Notes under the pieces: generated by a model
What the model was told of the DNA's origin: nothing
Seen by the model: the letters and a program-made list of their open reading frames with translations, nothing else
Database searches by the model: none
From: a virus
Taxonomy: Duplodnaviria; Caudoviricetes
Reading direction: 5' to 3' (one strand)
Length of the DNA: 64,000 bases
IMG/VR virus record: IMGVR_UViG_3300002307_000018
Span: 160,001-224,000 of that record
Program-made: the position numbers and the translations under genes
In this document: positions 38,050-47,528 of the stretch, piece after piece
Layout of the letters: the number at the start of each line of letters is the position of its first letter
Numbering within the stretch: the stretch's first letter is position 1

Positions 38050-39546
38050 TCATTCTGCTGACACTCTCGCACGAATTGCCTCGAATGAATCATTGACAAG
38101 AACTTCACCATCGAGGTACACAGTCTTCAATTCACCCGAACGTTCTGCCGATTCCGACACTCCGTCAATTAGAACATAGTCACCCGACATTGGGCTGCGA
38201 TGTACACACAGTAAACCACGTGCAGACTTTTTAGTACCAGAATCAGTTTTAGGATCCTTGAAGATTGCAACACCTTCGCCGTTAGTAACACGATGAGTAG
38301 CTTTCATAGCAAACCCAAGCGAGTCACGAGTGGCGTATTGGTATGTGTACGAACCGATACCGAATACAATGTTGTCACTTGCGAAACCTTTAGCTGCCAA
38401 TCCCACGAGAATAGCCTCGCAACGCTCTACAGTAATCGAGTCACCGTAGATAAGACCGACACGTGGGTTCAGTGTCTTGTAACCTTTATCGTTGGTAGTT
38501 GTGCCGAAGATTTCAGCCAAACACTCAACTGCGCCACGACGTTCTGGTGAACCCTCGGGTGCTGATGGATCACCCACGATAATGTTAACTGGATCACCCG
38601 AATCAGGACGAAACACAACTTTAGCCAAACCAAGTGCGTCAGGCGTACGATTCAAGATATCATCTTTAAGAATCGTAGCGTAGGTTGTAATCACTTGGAA
38701 AAAGTCGTATGTATCTGACACAAGCGAAACAACACCACTTGGGTATTTGCTTAGAATGTAGCGATACGTATCCAACTCAGCATCACGGCTTGATGAACTC
38801 ATTACAGAGTGTTCACTGGCAGGTACAGAGCCACCGACAAAGGTCGATTTTCCGTTGTAGTAGTCGTTGACATACTTGACTGCTGGCAGGTTATCTGTGC
38901 CGTTGAAACTTAGCAAGTGACCAGCACCCGATTTTGCAGCATCAGCAATGCCTGACATACCACGAATCGAAAAGTCATGACCTTGCCATGTAACGAACTC
39001 TTTACTTCCGCCAGTAAGATCGGCGTATTCATCGATAATTTTGCGATACACTCGTGCCATTGTGGCAGATGTAGATGATTTCCACAACTCAGTAGAGAGC
39101 CATGTTTCAAGAAAGTTTGGGAGCCAGAATGCTGATGGCACAGTGTTTGTGACTGTCAAGACTGGCACGCCAATTGGTACCCGTACGCCCTCTGGAAGAG
39201 ATTTGATTTCAAGTGGCAAATAGCCGATACGATGCAATTCACGCACACGCTCGATATTGAAGCCATTGGGACCGCAAAATGGTGCTACAAATTCAACAAA
39301 CTCGGCACAAACTGTATCTTCGGGTAAATCGAAAAACGTTTCACGCCAAACTGCATTCAGTTCGTGCAGAAAGCCTTGTAAACCGAACCAGACAATTTTC
39401 TTGTCTGCTTTGTATTGCTCAGGCACGTTAAAGTGCGACATTGAGCGAGGGGTAAAGTTTGAGTAAACTTTAGTCGTACCAGCGGGGTACATTTCGCCGT
39501 GACCCAGTTTGTAACTGTCAATGGATGTAAGGGCTGTGATTTTCAT
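38050..39546 (-). CDS. nadV: Nicotinamide phosphoribosyltransferase-like protein (candidate NARP1 Namat)
   Basis: DSYKLGH, HDFSIRG, PASEHSV, VSDTYDF, RPDSGDP and KDPKTDSGTKKSARG motifs. Confidence 0.92.
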   Translation of the reverse strand: MKITALTSIDSYKLGHGEMYPAGTTKVYSNFTPRSMSHFNVPEQYKADKKIVWFGLQGFLHELNAVWRETFFDLPEDTVCAEFVEFVAPFCGPNGFNIERVRELHRIGYLPLEIKSLPEGVRVPIGVPVLTVTNTVPSAFWLPNFLETWLSTELWKSSTSATMARVYRKIIDEYADLTGGSKEFVTWQGHDFSIRGMSGIADAAKSGAGHLLSFNGTDNLPAVKYVNDYYNGKSTFVGGSVPASEHSVMSSSSRDAELDTYRYILSKYPSGVVSLVSDTYDFFQVITTYATILKDDILNRTPDALGLAKVVFRPDSGDPVNIIVGDPSAPEGSPERRGAVECLAEIFGTTTNDKGYKTLNPRVGLIYGDSITVERCEAILVGLAAKGFASDNIVFGIGSYTYQYATRDSLGFAMKATHRVTNGEGVAIFKDPKTDSGTKKSARGLLCVHRSPMSGDYVLIDGVSESAERSGELKTVYLDGEVLVNDSFEAIRARVSAE

Positions 39547-39609
39547 GATTTTTTCCTTTTCTTTATTCTATAACTATAGTATAGCAAAATTCCTAATTAC
39601 TGTCAAGCT

Positions 39610-40422
39610 TTATCTGGTTGAACCGTTGAAGAAATCCAAGTCAACGTTGTTAATGTTGTTCATAGTGTACACTTCGTCAAAGTCCTCGGCAAACACACTA
39701 ACCCCTTTTGAGAAGATACCGTGCGTCACACACAGAATCAATTTGCCGGTAAAGCCGCTATTACGAATTGCTTTTGCCAATTCGATGAATGTACGCCCAC
39801 CGTCACAAATATCGTCAACGATAATAACTTGATTAAATTTGGAAAGTTGAGTGCCATCAATCTCAGTCTTGACAATATGACCAGTAGCAACGTCACGAAT
39901 TTTCTTGGCTTCAACTACGGGCAATCCAGTAGCGCCTGCGACTTTGTAAATTTTCTTGAGTGCACCAGCATCAGGCGACACAATAACGGTATCGTGATCA
40001 GCCAATTCACGAATGCGATTAGCCCACAAGTCAGCTTGTGACACGTTGACAAACACTCCGGCTGGGAACATTGCGCCAGCTACATCACTGTGAATATCCC
40101 AAGTAGTAACTTTACTAAAGTTACACATTTTGATCATGTCGACCACAGCTTGCAAACCAAATGATTCACCCTCTGTCATTACACGATCTTGCCGACTAAA
40201 TGGCAAATAGGGTACGGTCAGTTCAATTGCAACATTGGGCCCATACATATGACGCAGTGCGTTTACTGCCAGCATCATATCTACTAGATCGTCTGAATTT
40301 TTAAAATCCATACGCATTTGAACTGGCAAACTATGCGTCTGCCCATCGGGTGTTAATTTTACCGAACGCTCTCCACCGGGAAATGTCCAGAATTTGTTTT
40401 CAAAGCCTTTTACTGTGATCAT
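39610..40422 (-). CDS. prs: Ribose-phosphate pyrophosphokinase-like protein (candidate NARP1 Adps)
   Basis: FPGGE, PYLPFSRQDR, VSPDAGA and IVDDICDGGRTF motifs. Confidence 0.9.
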   Translation of the reverse strand: MITVKGFENKFWTFPGGERSVKLTPDGQTHSLPVQMRMDFKNSDDLVDMMLAVNALRHMYGPNVAIELTVPYLPFSRQDRVMTEGESFGLQAVVDMIKMCNFSKVTTWDIHSDVAGAMFPAGVFVNVSQADLWANRIRELADHDTVIVSPDAGALKKIYKVAGATGLPVVEAKKIRDVATGHIVKTEIDGTQLSKFNQVIIVDDICDGGRTFIELAKAIRNSGFTGKLILCVTHGIFSKGVSVFAEDFDEVYTMNNINNVDLDFFNGSTR

Positions 40423-40432
40423 AATTTTTCCT

Positions 40433-40702
40433 TTAAGCTGCGTAGTCTACTGAAGTTTTACCAGTAATAAGATCGAACGACACAATCAAATGAGCGTACT
40501 GAATAGCACAAGTAACATGAGTGTCGTAATACATACCGCAGTAAATAAAGTTAACTTTATTATCGGTAGAAGTAGTAACGCCCTCGAAATGAGTGTTGAG
40601 ATACGGTTCGTCAGCGACGGGATAGCCTGCGTCTGACATCAGGGCGGTCATTTCATCTGCGCCAATGTTCTGCAACTGCTCTAGTTTTTCTGCTGTAATC
40701 AT
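40433..40702 (-). CDS. Hypothetical early protein
   Basis: Behind the promoter cassette at 40705-40833. Confidence 0.55.
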   Translation of the reverse strand: MITAEKLEQLQNIGADEMTALMSDAGYPVADEPYLNTHFEGVTTSTDNKVNFIYCGMYYDTHVTCAIQYAHLIVSFDLITGKTSVDYAA

Positions 40703-40704
40703 CT

Positions 40705-40833
40705 TTTCTTCCGTTTTTTCAGTTTATGATACATTATAGACTGTTTTTGATTTAATGTCAAGGATTTTCGGCCAAAAAAAAGCCCTCAAAGTCTCTGGGA
40801 CTAAGAGGGATTTAGTGTTGTTTTTATGCAACA
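40705..40833 (-). promoter_or_regulatory. Early promoter cassette with ACTAA-N7-TTAGT and TGTTG-N8-CAACA
   Basis: TTGACA-17-TATAAT; palindromes at 40800-40816 and 40816-40833. Confidence 0.7.
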
Positions 40834-40847
40834 TTTACTACTATGGG

Positions 40848-41675
40848 TCAGTCTGGCAGCCACTCTAATTGCCACGATCTACTGTGCAAATAGCCCTTAT
40901 CTACGTAATCTAAGTACTGTCTTTTATTTCTAATCTTTTCCATGATCTGCTTATGAAAACAGTCATAGGATATATTACGTGCATCTAGATTGACTATAGA
41001 CTCATGCAGTAAGTCGCTTAGTATTACTTGATTGGGAATAGCCAAGTGATTGGTACGAGCATCGTATCTGACAAACTCCATTAGCGTGGAATCAAACAAT
41101 TGATCGATCAATTCACCTTCACTAACTTTAAACAACTCTATGCTAGGCATTAAGAAGTTCTTGGGAGCTGCAATCTCAGGCATATCTATTGTGGATCCAT
41201 AAGCTGGAAGAATTACAAATACATTCTCGCTCATACCCTCAGCTAGTGTTCTAACAAGTTGTATGTACGCTTCAAAGTTTATATCTAGTAACTCACGATC
41301 AACGTTGTTGATCCACCATTCAATGTGAGATTTGTTATCCCAAAACCACTTATCTGATTCATTGATGTTCTTTGTATTATGAATGTATAATGCGGCAGTT
41401 TTGGGTGCAACTAAATTCTGATGCTTAAAGTGTAATCTTCCCATGTGCATAGGAACATACACAACTACATCACCGGGAAATATTACACGATCTTTAACAT
41501 CAGACATTAGTTGTTTAATTGCATACTCAGTGCTGCTACCATCAAGCGCCTTGTTAACCAGTTTCATGTTTAACTTAGATGCTAACATCTTAGTCCATGA
41601 AGTTTCTGCTGCCTGTGCTTTTTCGCCAAGTGCAGCATAGTTAACACCGTATATTCTAAGTGAGTTCATGTTCAA
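40848..41675 (-). CDS. Hypothetical protein, possibly SGNH-like
   Basis: LVNKALDGSST and TNHLAIPNQ resemble GDSL/SGNH blocks only loosely. Confidence 0.5.
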   Translation of the reverse strand: MNMNSLRIYGVNYAALGEKAQAAETSWTKMLASKLNMKLVNKALDGSSTEYAIKQLMSDVKDRVIFPGDVVVYVPMHMGRLHFKHQNLVAPKTAALYIHNTKNINESDKWFWDNKSHIEWWINNVDRELLDINFEAYIQLVRTLAEGMSENVFVILPAYGSTIDMPEIAAPKNFLMPSIELFKVSEGELIDQLFDSTLMEFVRYDARTNHLAIPNQVILSDLLHESIVNLDARNISYDCFHKQIMEKIRNKRQYLDYVDKGYLHSRSWQLEWLPD

Positions 41676-41683
41676 TTTAATAG

Positions 41684-42187
41684 TTAAGCTGCGTTAGCGT
41701 CTTTCATCTGTCGTTGATATTCGACCATTGACTTGAATCTATCTGCTGCGTATGACGCTGCCCAAGCGTTGGGCTTGGTCATTGGAATCACGTTACACAT
41801 TCCACGAATATAACCCACAGCTTCGTTAACCACAATGCTTGAATTATGAATCTCGTTTGGGTTAATATCCAAGTGAACTTCGATATCGTGTGCCACAACT
41901 TCGCTCAGTTTCAAGTACAGATCAGCGATCTTATACACTTCAGTCATTAGTCGCATACGTGGCTTGTTAACGTGTTGTTCGTAGTCACGCTCACGATCTA
42001 CTGCACCGAAAATCTTGCAACCTTGATTGCCGTTAATGTGAACTACTACCGCTGTAATATAGTCAGCATACCAAACGTTGTCGATTTGAAAACGTTCACT
42101 ATCGCAGCCGATATAAACTCGGGTATTAGTGTCACATGTTTCCAAAAATTGTACCACATCATCTACGTTGATATGCTTCTTATACAT
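41684..42187 (-). CDS. RNase H-like YkuK-family protein
   Basis: VYIGCDSE, IEVHLDINP and KPNAWAASYAAD motifs. Confidence 0.8.
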   Translation of the reverse strand: MYKKHINVDDVVQFLETCDTNTRVYIGCDSERFQIDNVWYADYITAVVVHINGNQGCKIFGAVDRERDYEQHVNKPRMRLMTEVYKIADLYLKLSEVVAHDIEVHLDINPNEIHNSSIVVNEAVGYIRGMCNVIPMTKPNAWAASYAADRFKSMVEYQRQMKDANAA

Positions 42188-42191
42188 GTTA

Positions 42192-42443
42192 TCACCTGTT
42201 TTTATGTTTGTTGTGTTCTTTGTTACGCTTAGAAGTCTTGGAGACTGCCTTGAGTAAATATTCTCTGCCTACAATGCCTACAGCGATTTCGTTATCCGCT
42301 ATCTGACTGGGCGTTGCAACTTTCTTGTACTGATTAAGCACGTATGTCCCTGTATCTAGACTGTTATATCGTACTTGCTTAATCTCACGTACACGAGCGG
42401 CTGATACTAATACACGCTCATAAATGTTTTCTACTTTACTCAT
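42192..42443 (-). CDS. RNA polymerase omega-subunit-like small protein
   Basis: NIYERVLVSAARVREI and ADNEIAVGIVG resemble the RpoZ motifs RYxLVxxAAxRARQ and ALxEIxxG. Confidence 0.5.
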   Translation of the reverse strand: MSKVENIYERVLVSAARVREIKQVRYNSLDTGTYVLNQYKKVATPSQIADNEIAVGIVGREYLLKAVSKTSKRNKEHNKHKNR

Positions 42444-42979
42444 AAGTTATCCTTGTTAAAAATTACCATCCAACCAAGCTTTTCCAAGTCTTGTCTAATC
42501 TCGTCTGTTACTGTACCTTCGCTTACATAGTTCTGTGCAACGGGTCCGGGTCCATCTGTGTACGCATCAGTAATGCCACTATTGTACCAATCAATATAAT
42601 CACCCTCACCACGCATATCGGATATGATACCGCCGGCATGACGCCAACTACAACTCCAAAAATCTTCTGCTAGAATCTTGAACACATCATCAGGTTTGGC
42701 AAAATCATTGTTACAAAGTGCTGCGTATAAGTGTTGTGCGTACACCTCGTTGATTCTAACTTTTTCTAATATCCAATTAGTAGTGCGTAAGTCCCATTCA
42801 AGATTGTCTTTTCTCCATTCAGGATCATCAATATTCTGTTCATCAATCTTATCCCACGATTCGTACCATTGAATCATGGCAACATATTGTGGATCATCTA
42901 CTGACTTGCCACTTTCAAGATGGCGCAGAATATAGTTTTGCTTTTGAAACGTATTCTTTTGTGGGCTAGTGCTAATCAT
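42440..42979 (-). CDS. Conserved phage hypothetical protein
   Basis: YAQHLYAALCNN, WSCSWRHAGG and GDYIDWYNSG motifs. Confidence 0.7.
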   Translation of the reverse strand: MISTSPQKNTFQKQNYILRHLESGKSVDDPQYVAMIQWYESWDKIDEQNIDDPEWRKDNLEWDLRTTNWILEKVRINEVYAQHLYAALCNNDFAKPDDVFKILAEDFWSCSWRHAGGIISDMRGEGDYIDWYNSGITDAYTDGPGPVAQNYVSEGTVTDEIRQDLEKLGWMVIFNKDNL

Positions 42980-42994
42980 TTCTATCTCTTATTC

Positions 42995-43071
42995 TGGTGG
43001 GCGCAGTAGGATTCGAACCTACGTAATCTATCGTGTAAGGATAGCGACTAAACCGCTCATACCATACGCCC
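42995..43071 (-). tRNA. tRNA-Val(TAC), weak D-stem
   Basis: Acceptor GGGCGTA/TGCGCCC, anticodon arm CTATC-CTTACAC-GATAG, T-loop TTCGAAT, encoded CCA. Confidence 0.85.
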
Positions 43072-43083
43072 GTTTTTACTTCT

Positions 43084-43168
43084 TGGTGCGAGAGGAGGGA
43101 CTTGAACCCTCAAACCTTGCGGCGTCTGGGCTTAAACCAGGTGTGTTTGCCAATTTCACCACTCTCGC
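43084..43168 (-). tRNA. tRNA-Leu(TAA)
   Basis: GCGAGAG acceptor, loop TTTAAGC, long variable arm, CCA. Confidence 0.9.
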
Positions 43169-43174
43169 TAATCT

Positions 43175-43612
43175 TTACTTTTTCGCATTTGTTTTTCCAA
43201 TCATTCCGATTGCAATTGCGTTCTTATGTTCTTCACTTTTTGGCTTGCCCTTATTACCACTTCCATGTTTGTTACCTTGTCTTCCAATTCCATTTCTACG
43301 ACATGCTTCTTCGTAACCGTATTTTCTTACGGCAATTTCCCACGGATTTTTCCATGTCCCGCAGTCTTTGGAATCCTGAACATTTTCCTTACGAGTTCCC
43401 CAATACAAATGAAGTGGATTAGAACACTTATCATTATTACAAGCGTGGCATAAATCCACTTTACTCGGAAAATTTGTATTGAGATATTGAGCCAATACTC
43501 CACGATGAACGGTACTATTTCCTCCTCGCTCTACACACGACTGTGTTAAGTCAAGATGTTTAGTTCTTTCGTCTCTGTCGCTATTCTTGATCCAATCTTC
43601 TACAATAATCAT
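43175..43612 (-). mobile_element. HNH homing endonuclease between tRNA genes
   Basis: LCHACNNDKCSNPLHLYWGTRKEN plus a NUMOD3-like KPKSEEHK tail; start re-called at MIIVED because the track ORF runs through tRNA-Arg. Confidence 0.8.
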
Positions 43613-43628
43613 ATCTCTCGCTAAATTC

Positions 43629-43703
43629 TGGTCCGGCGTGCAGGAATCGAACCTACGTTTAGGAGGTAGAAGCTCCCTGTATTTTCCACTATACGAACGC
43701 CAG
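43629..43703 (-). tRNA. tRNA-Arg(TCT)
   Basis: Anticodon arm GGGAG-CTTCTAC-CTCCT, T-loop TTCGATT, CCA. Confidence 0.9.
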
Positions 43704-43709
43704 ATAATC

Positions 43710-43785
43710 TGGTACTCCCCCCGTGAATCGAACACGGTACCAAGAAATTATGAGTTTCCTGCTCTGACCGATGAGCTAGAGGAGC
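43710..43785 (-). tRNA. tRNA-Met/Ile2(CAT)
   Basis: Anticodon loop CTCATAA, D-stem GCTC/GAGC, CCA. Confidence 0.88.
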
Positions 43786-43846
43786 ATCTACTATAAAAGC
43801 TATTATACTTGAAGTCATGTTAAAAGTCAACAAGCAATCGTTCCAT

Positions 43847-44347
43847 TTACTCTCGAACTATGCCAACCATGTGCAGTCTGTGCTGATCTGAACAGTTCAT
43901 AAACGAATGAAACAATCTTGTATCTACCCAATGTACTGTGCCCGTTTCCAAGTGTCGGTTTAATCCATGTTTGAACACAAAATATGCCTCAGGGTTGGTG
44001 ATCATGGGAATGTGTACACGTGGTGTATAGTCACGGTGCATACTATAACAAGCATAGGGACCTACCCACATGAAACGTGTGCGTGTCATGTTGAACTCTG
44101 TAATCAGGGCTTCAAAGACAGTATTCTTAAAGTAAGGATTGATTTGATCATAGTCAAACTCTTTGCCCTGACTTTTACCCACGCTACTAGTCCATGGATC
44201 ATCACCCAGTCTATGCTGTAGGCTTACTTGTTTACCCTTGTGACCAAAATCAGTCCAACATATGCCAGCTTCAAGTGTACGATATGCCGCTATTACTGGC
44301 TCCATGTCAATAGGTCTAAGTGCTTTTATCAACCGGTCATTGATCAT
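43847..44347 (-). CDS. 2OG-Fe(II) oxygenase-like protein (Asp/Asn beta-hydroxylase-like)
   Basis: YSMHRD, RVHIPMITN, FHSFMN and RLHMV motifs. Confidence 0.75.
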   Translation of the reverse strand: MINDRLIKALRPIDMEPVIAAYRTLEAGICWTDFGHKGKQVSLQHRLGDDPWTSSVGKSQGKEFDYDQINPYFKNTVFEALITEFNMTRTRFMWVGPYACYSMHRDYTPRVHIPMITNPEAYFVFKHGLNRHLETGTVHWVDTRLFHSFMNCSDQHRLHMVGIVRE

Positions 44348-44978
44348 CTGATTTCCAATATTTTTTTAAATCATCAGGCATAGTATAGTCATTTCTATTC
44401 AACAACAGTGTAAAGTTGTCATAGTGATCACGACCCTGCCATGGACTACCCAGTGCTAGTGTAACTTTGATATCATCTGAATTGTTAGTCATACCATGTG
44501 GCCAACCACCGTCCATTAAAAATGGGCCAGTGACATTGGGTGCTGCTACAGTTCCAGTAGCGGTATTAAAATATAATGTATCTGTGTTACCCTGCAATAC
44601 TACTCTAAATTTGTTTTGTCTGGTGTTGACTTCATGCGGAGCACAGTCAATATGCTCGTTGTTGCTGTAATGCGGTTGAGTAATCAGCGCCATAATTCGT
44701 GATCGACTTTGTAGCCAATCAAACGCTACTTCTTCAAACCATTCTACGATTGATAGGGGTGCCCATTCAGTCCATTCAAATGTTTTACCCTTTCTGTGAT
44801 TGTTGATTCCTAAACGTTTTCCCGGATAATCGCCCATCTTAACCATTAGTGGAATCATTTTGGTACTGCGATAAGGATCCCACCATGAAAAAGAATCATC
44901 AATAGCCAATATCGAATTGGCTGCTGATTGTTTGTCTAAAACGGGAATGTCGATAGTACCGAATAAGATATCGTTCAT
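44337..44978 (-). CDS. 2OG-Fe(II) oxygenase / cupin-like protein
   Basis: EHID and distal WPHGMTN (HxD...H). Confidence 0.6.
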   Translation of the reverse strand: MNDILFGTIDIPVLDKQSAANSILAIDDSFSWWDPYRSTKMIPLMVKMGDYPGKRLGINNHRKGKTFEWTEWAPLSIVEWFEEVAFDWLQSRSRIMALITQPHYSNNEHIDCAPHEVNTRQNKFRVVLQGNTDTLYFNTATGTVAAPNVTGPFLMDGGWPHGMTNNSDDIKVTLALGSPWQGRDHYDNFTLLLNRNDYTMPDDLKKYWKSDDQ

Positions 44979-45026
44979 ACTGATATTTATTGTTCGGTAC
45001 TACTGACTGATACTTTATCTAGTGAT

Positions 45027-45590
45027 CTAGATCAAGTCTTCTGCTGTTAGTGTTGCGATTGTTTTATCGCCCAATGGAATTTCAGTCTTGATGTTGAGTT
45101 CAAGAATTGTGTCGTTGATTGACTGCTTTTGCTTCTTGAGCTTTAGTAGTTCGCTCTTGAGATCAGCAAGTTGTTCTTGCGTCAATACTGAAGTCATCAC
45201 AGAGTCTTCACGGCCGTACAACCGTGAGTTGTTATCTTGCGCCCGAATCTTTTCGAGTTTCTTATTGACCATATCAATGTCACGTGGGCCAACTGTAAGC
45301 ATTTCTTGTACTTGAGCAATACGCTTGTCCACAAATGCGGCTGTAGCCAATTGCATTGAGATACCCGATGATACATTGGCTGCGGCTACCAAACTACGAA
45401 TGTTGTAGTACGCAACTGATAGCGCAACACGACGGTAATCGTTGGCAACAAACTCTCGATTTGCTGCTGTGATGGCGTCGAACGCATCAACGTACTCTGA
45501 CACAGTGATTGCAGGTGCGACCTTGATACTGCGTAGTGTTTCTTGAATAGCGTTTTGTAATGCTGATGCTTTGCGTAATGTAATGTTCAT
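45027..45590 (-). CDS. Conserved coiled-coil phage protein
   Basis: 187 aa, MNITLRKASALQ, helical. Confidence 0.7.
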   Translation of the reverse strand: MNITLRKASALQNAIQETLRSIKVAPAITVSEYVDAFDAITAANREFVANDYRRVALSVAYYNIRSLVAAANVSSGISMQLATAAFVDKRIAQVQEMLTVGPRDIDMVNKKLEKIRAQDNNSRLYGREDSVMTSVLTQEQLADLKSELLKLKKQKQSINDTILELNIKTEIPLGDKTIATLTAEDLI

Positions 45591-45889
45591 ATATTTTCTC
45601 TTTAATTAACAGTGATTGAAATTTTAACGTGATGGTAAGGTCAAGTAAAAGACTGGACAATTGACAATAAGGTAACTTGCCGAGGCAGAGGTTCGACCCT
45701 TATGTGACATATGACAATAGACAACTGACATGGGTTCATATATTTGCGATTGACAATTGACAATGTTTTTGTATCGCTACACATGACACGAGCGCCATAA
45801 CGCGCAACAGTAAGCTTCGTTTTCAAGACGAAATGGTGTCTATCCTCATCTACCCTACACTACACGGTCAGTTTAAGAACTGACAAAAC

Positions 45890-45966
45890 TGGCTGGCAAG
45901 GCTGGGCTCGAACCAGCGACCTAATGATTAACAGTCATTTGCTACTACCAACTGAGCTACTTGCCA
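45890..45966 (-). tRNA. tRNA-Asn(GTT)
   Basis: TGGCAAG/CTTGCCA acceptor, AATGA-CTGTTAA-TCATT, CCA. Confidence 0.92.
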
Positions 45967-45975
45967 TCTGAAATT

Positions 45976-46051
45976 TGGTGCCCCCAGCCGGATTCGAACT
46001 GGCCACCCCCGCATTACAAGTGCGGTGCTCTACCAAATGAGCTATAGGGGC
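45976..46051 (-). tRNA. tRNA-Thr(TGT)
   Basis: CCGCA-CTTGTAA-TGCGG, canonical cloverleaf, CCA. Confidence 0.93.
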
Positions 46052-46069
46052 AAAACTTTTACTGCGAAA

Positions 46070-46234
46070 CTATTTAGCCTCTAAGATTCTAATGCGATTT
46101 TTTATTTTCGCTCGAATCTTCTTCTTACCTTCTTTCTCAACTAGTGCGTTGAGTTGTGTGACAGTCAATCCGCCTAAGCGAGTCTTGCCTGTCTTTGTTT
46201 TATTTGGATCTCGTTTTTGATTACGTTGTGCCAC
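46070..46234 (-). CDS. Small basic protein (54 aa)
   Basis: GTG start after AAAGGAAA; the longer track ORF overlaps tRNA-Ser. Confidence 0.6.
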   Translation of the reverse strand: MAQRNQKRDPNKTKTGKTRLGGLTVTQLNALVEKEGKKKIRAKIKNRIRILEAK

Positions 46235-46253
46235 AATGTTTCCTTTAAATTGT

Positions 46254-46347
46254 TGGCGGAGCATGTTGGATTTGAACCAACGGTACGGGTTTTTGCCCAT
46301 ACGGTTTCTTAGCAGGAAACTGGTTTAAGCCACTCACCCAATGCTCC
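46254..46347 (-). tRNA. tRNA-Ser(GCT)
   Basis: GTTTC-CTGCTAA-GAAAC, long variable arm, CCA. Confidence 0.92.
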
Positions 46348-46422
46348 GTATGTACTGCTAAATCTTTACTATACAGCTATTATACATGATGTCTGAATTA
46401 AAGTCAATGCGATTCGGACAAC

Positions 46423-46905
46423 TTAGTAATTTATATTGTCGAACTCAATCATTGAGATACGTGGTTCTTGGATCCATAAATCTATGGCTCGTAAGACTGT
46501 GCTGTATGCAACAGGCTTTTTATCCACATAGTTCTCTAAGTATCCCATTTTAAGTAGTAGCATTGGCAACTGACTAATCTTCTTAGCCAGCTTGTGCTGC
46601 TGCTCTATAGCGTGTTTGTCTCTAAAGTATGTGTTGTCTATGTGAGCATAGTCTGCTCCCATGGACCCACTGGTTACAATCATGGTCTTGTTCAACAAAT
46701 CATCAATAAGATTAGCTTGCTCAACACCACAGTATGCGTTGTTGAAAAAGATGTCGGCAGTACTTGCTACATTTACAATCGCATCATTGCTTCTAATATC
46801 GTAACCGTTGCTACGACTAAGCCCTATAACTGTGTGATCATGTTTGTAGTGATCGTATATTGCTTTTCCCAAACCTGAGGTATGTCCTGTGATAACTATT
46901 TTCAT
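46423..46905 (-). CDS. Short-chain dehydrogenase-like (Rossmann) protein
   Basis: IVITGHTSGLG, FFNNAY and YFRDK motifs. Confidence 0.75.
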   Translation of the reverse strand: MKIVITGHTSGLGKAIYDHYKHDHTVIGLSRSNGYDIRSNDAIVNVASTADIFFNNAYCGVEQANLIDDLLNKTMIVTSGSMGADYAHIDNTYFRDKHAIEQQHKLAKKISQLPMLLLKMGYLENYVDKKPVAYSTVLRAIDLWIQEPRISMIEFDNINY

Positions 46906-46931
46906 AGTACTTATTTACCCTAAATAAATGT

Positions 46932-47528
46932 ATGAACTATAAAACTATTCACAACACTCTTTTACCGATTCTAAGCAACGGGCGCAAGACAGGAATATTT
47001 TGCAGCGGTGGCTTTGACAGTACACTGTTATTGTTCTTGTGTTTGAGAATTATCAAAGAAGAAAATCTCGATACTGACTTACAGGTGTTTACTGTACCAC
47101 GACACGATGATAGTATTGTACACGCTCAACGTATTGTAGATTACATGAATAATATTTTTAAATACACTCTAAGCATACGTGCAGTGGGTGACCCTGATCT
47201 TGAACATGCAAAGCAAGTAAGTAGCGGTCTTAGACCGGCACTTGAATACTGTGAACAAATATTACTGGGTGATACTACCAACCCAGATGAAGTACCCAAT
47301 GGTCCCGTTCGTGTTCGCAGTACAAACGATCTGTACATACAGCCATTCATTGACTATACCAAACGTTCGACTGTTGCACTAGCGGCAGAGATTGGTTTCA
47401 TCGACTGTCAAATACTCTCACACACTTGCACTGAAAGCAAGACCGTACGTTGTGGTCGTTGCTGGCAATGTCGTGAACGTGCTTGGGCGTTTGATGCTAA
47501 CGATTATGTTGACGTTGGTTCAATGTAG
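46932..47528 (+). CDS. QueC-like PP-loop ATPase
   Basis: FCSGGFDSTLL and C-terminal SHTC...RCGRCWQCRER. Confidence 0.75.
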   Translation: MNYKTIHNTLLPILSNGRKTGIFCSGGFDSTLLLFLCLRIIKEENLDTDLQVFTVPRHDDSIVHAQRIVDYMNNIFKYTLSIRAVGDPDLEHAKQVSSGLRPALEYCEQILLGDTTNPDEVPNGPVRVRSTNDLYIQPFIDYTKRSTVALAAEIGFIDCQILSHTCTESKTVRCGRCWQCRERAWAFDANDYVDVGSM

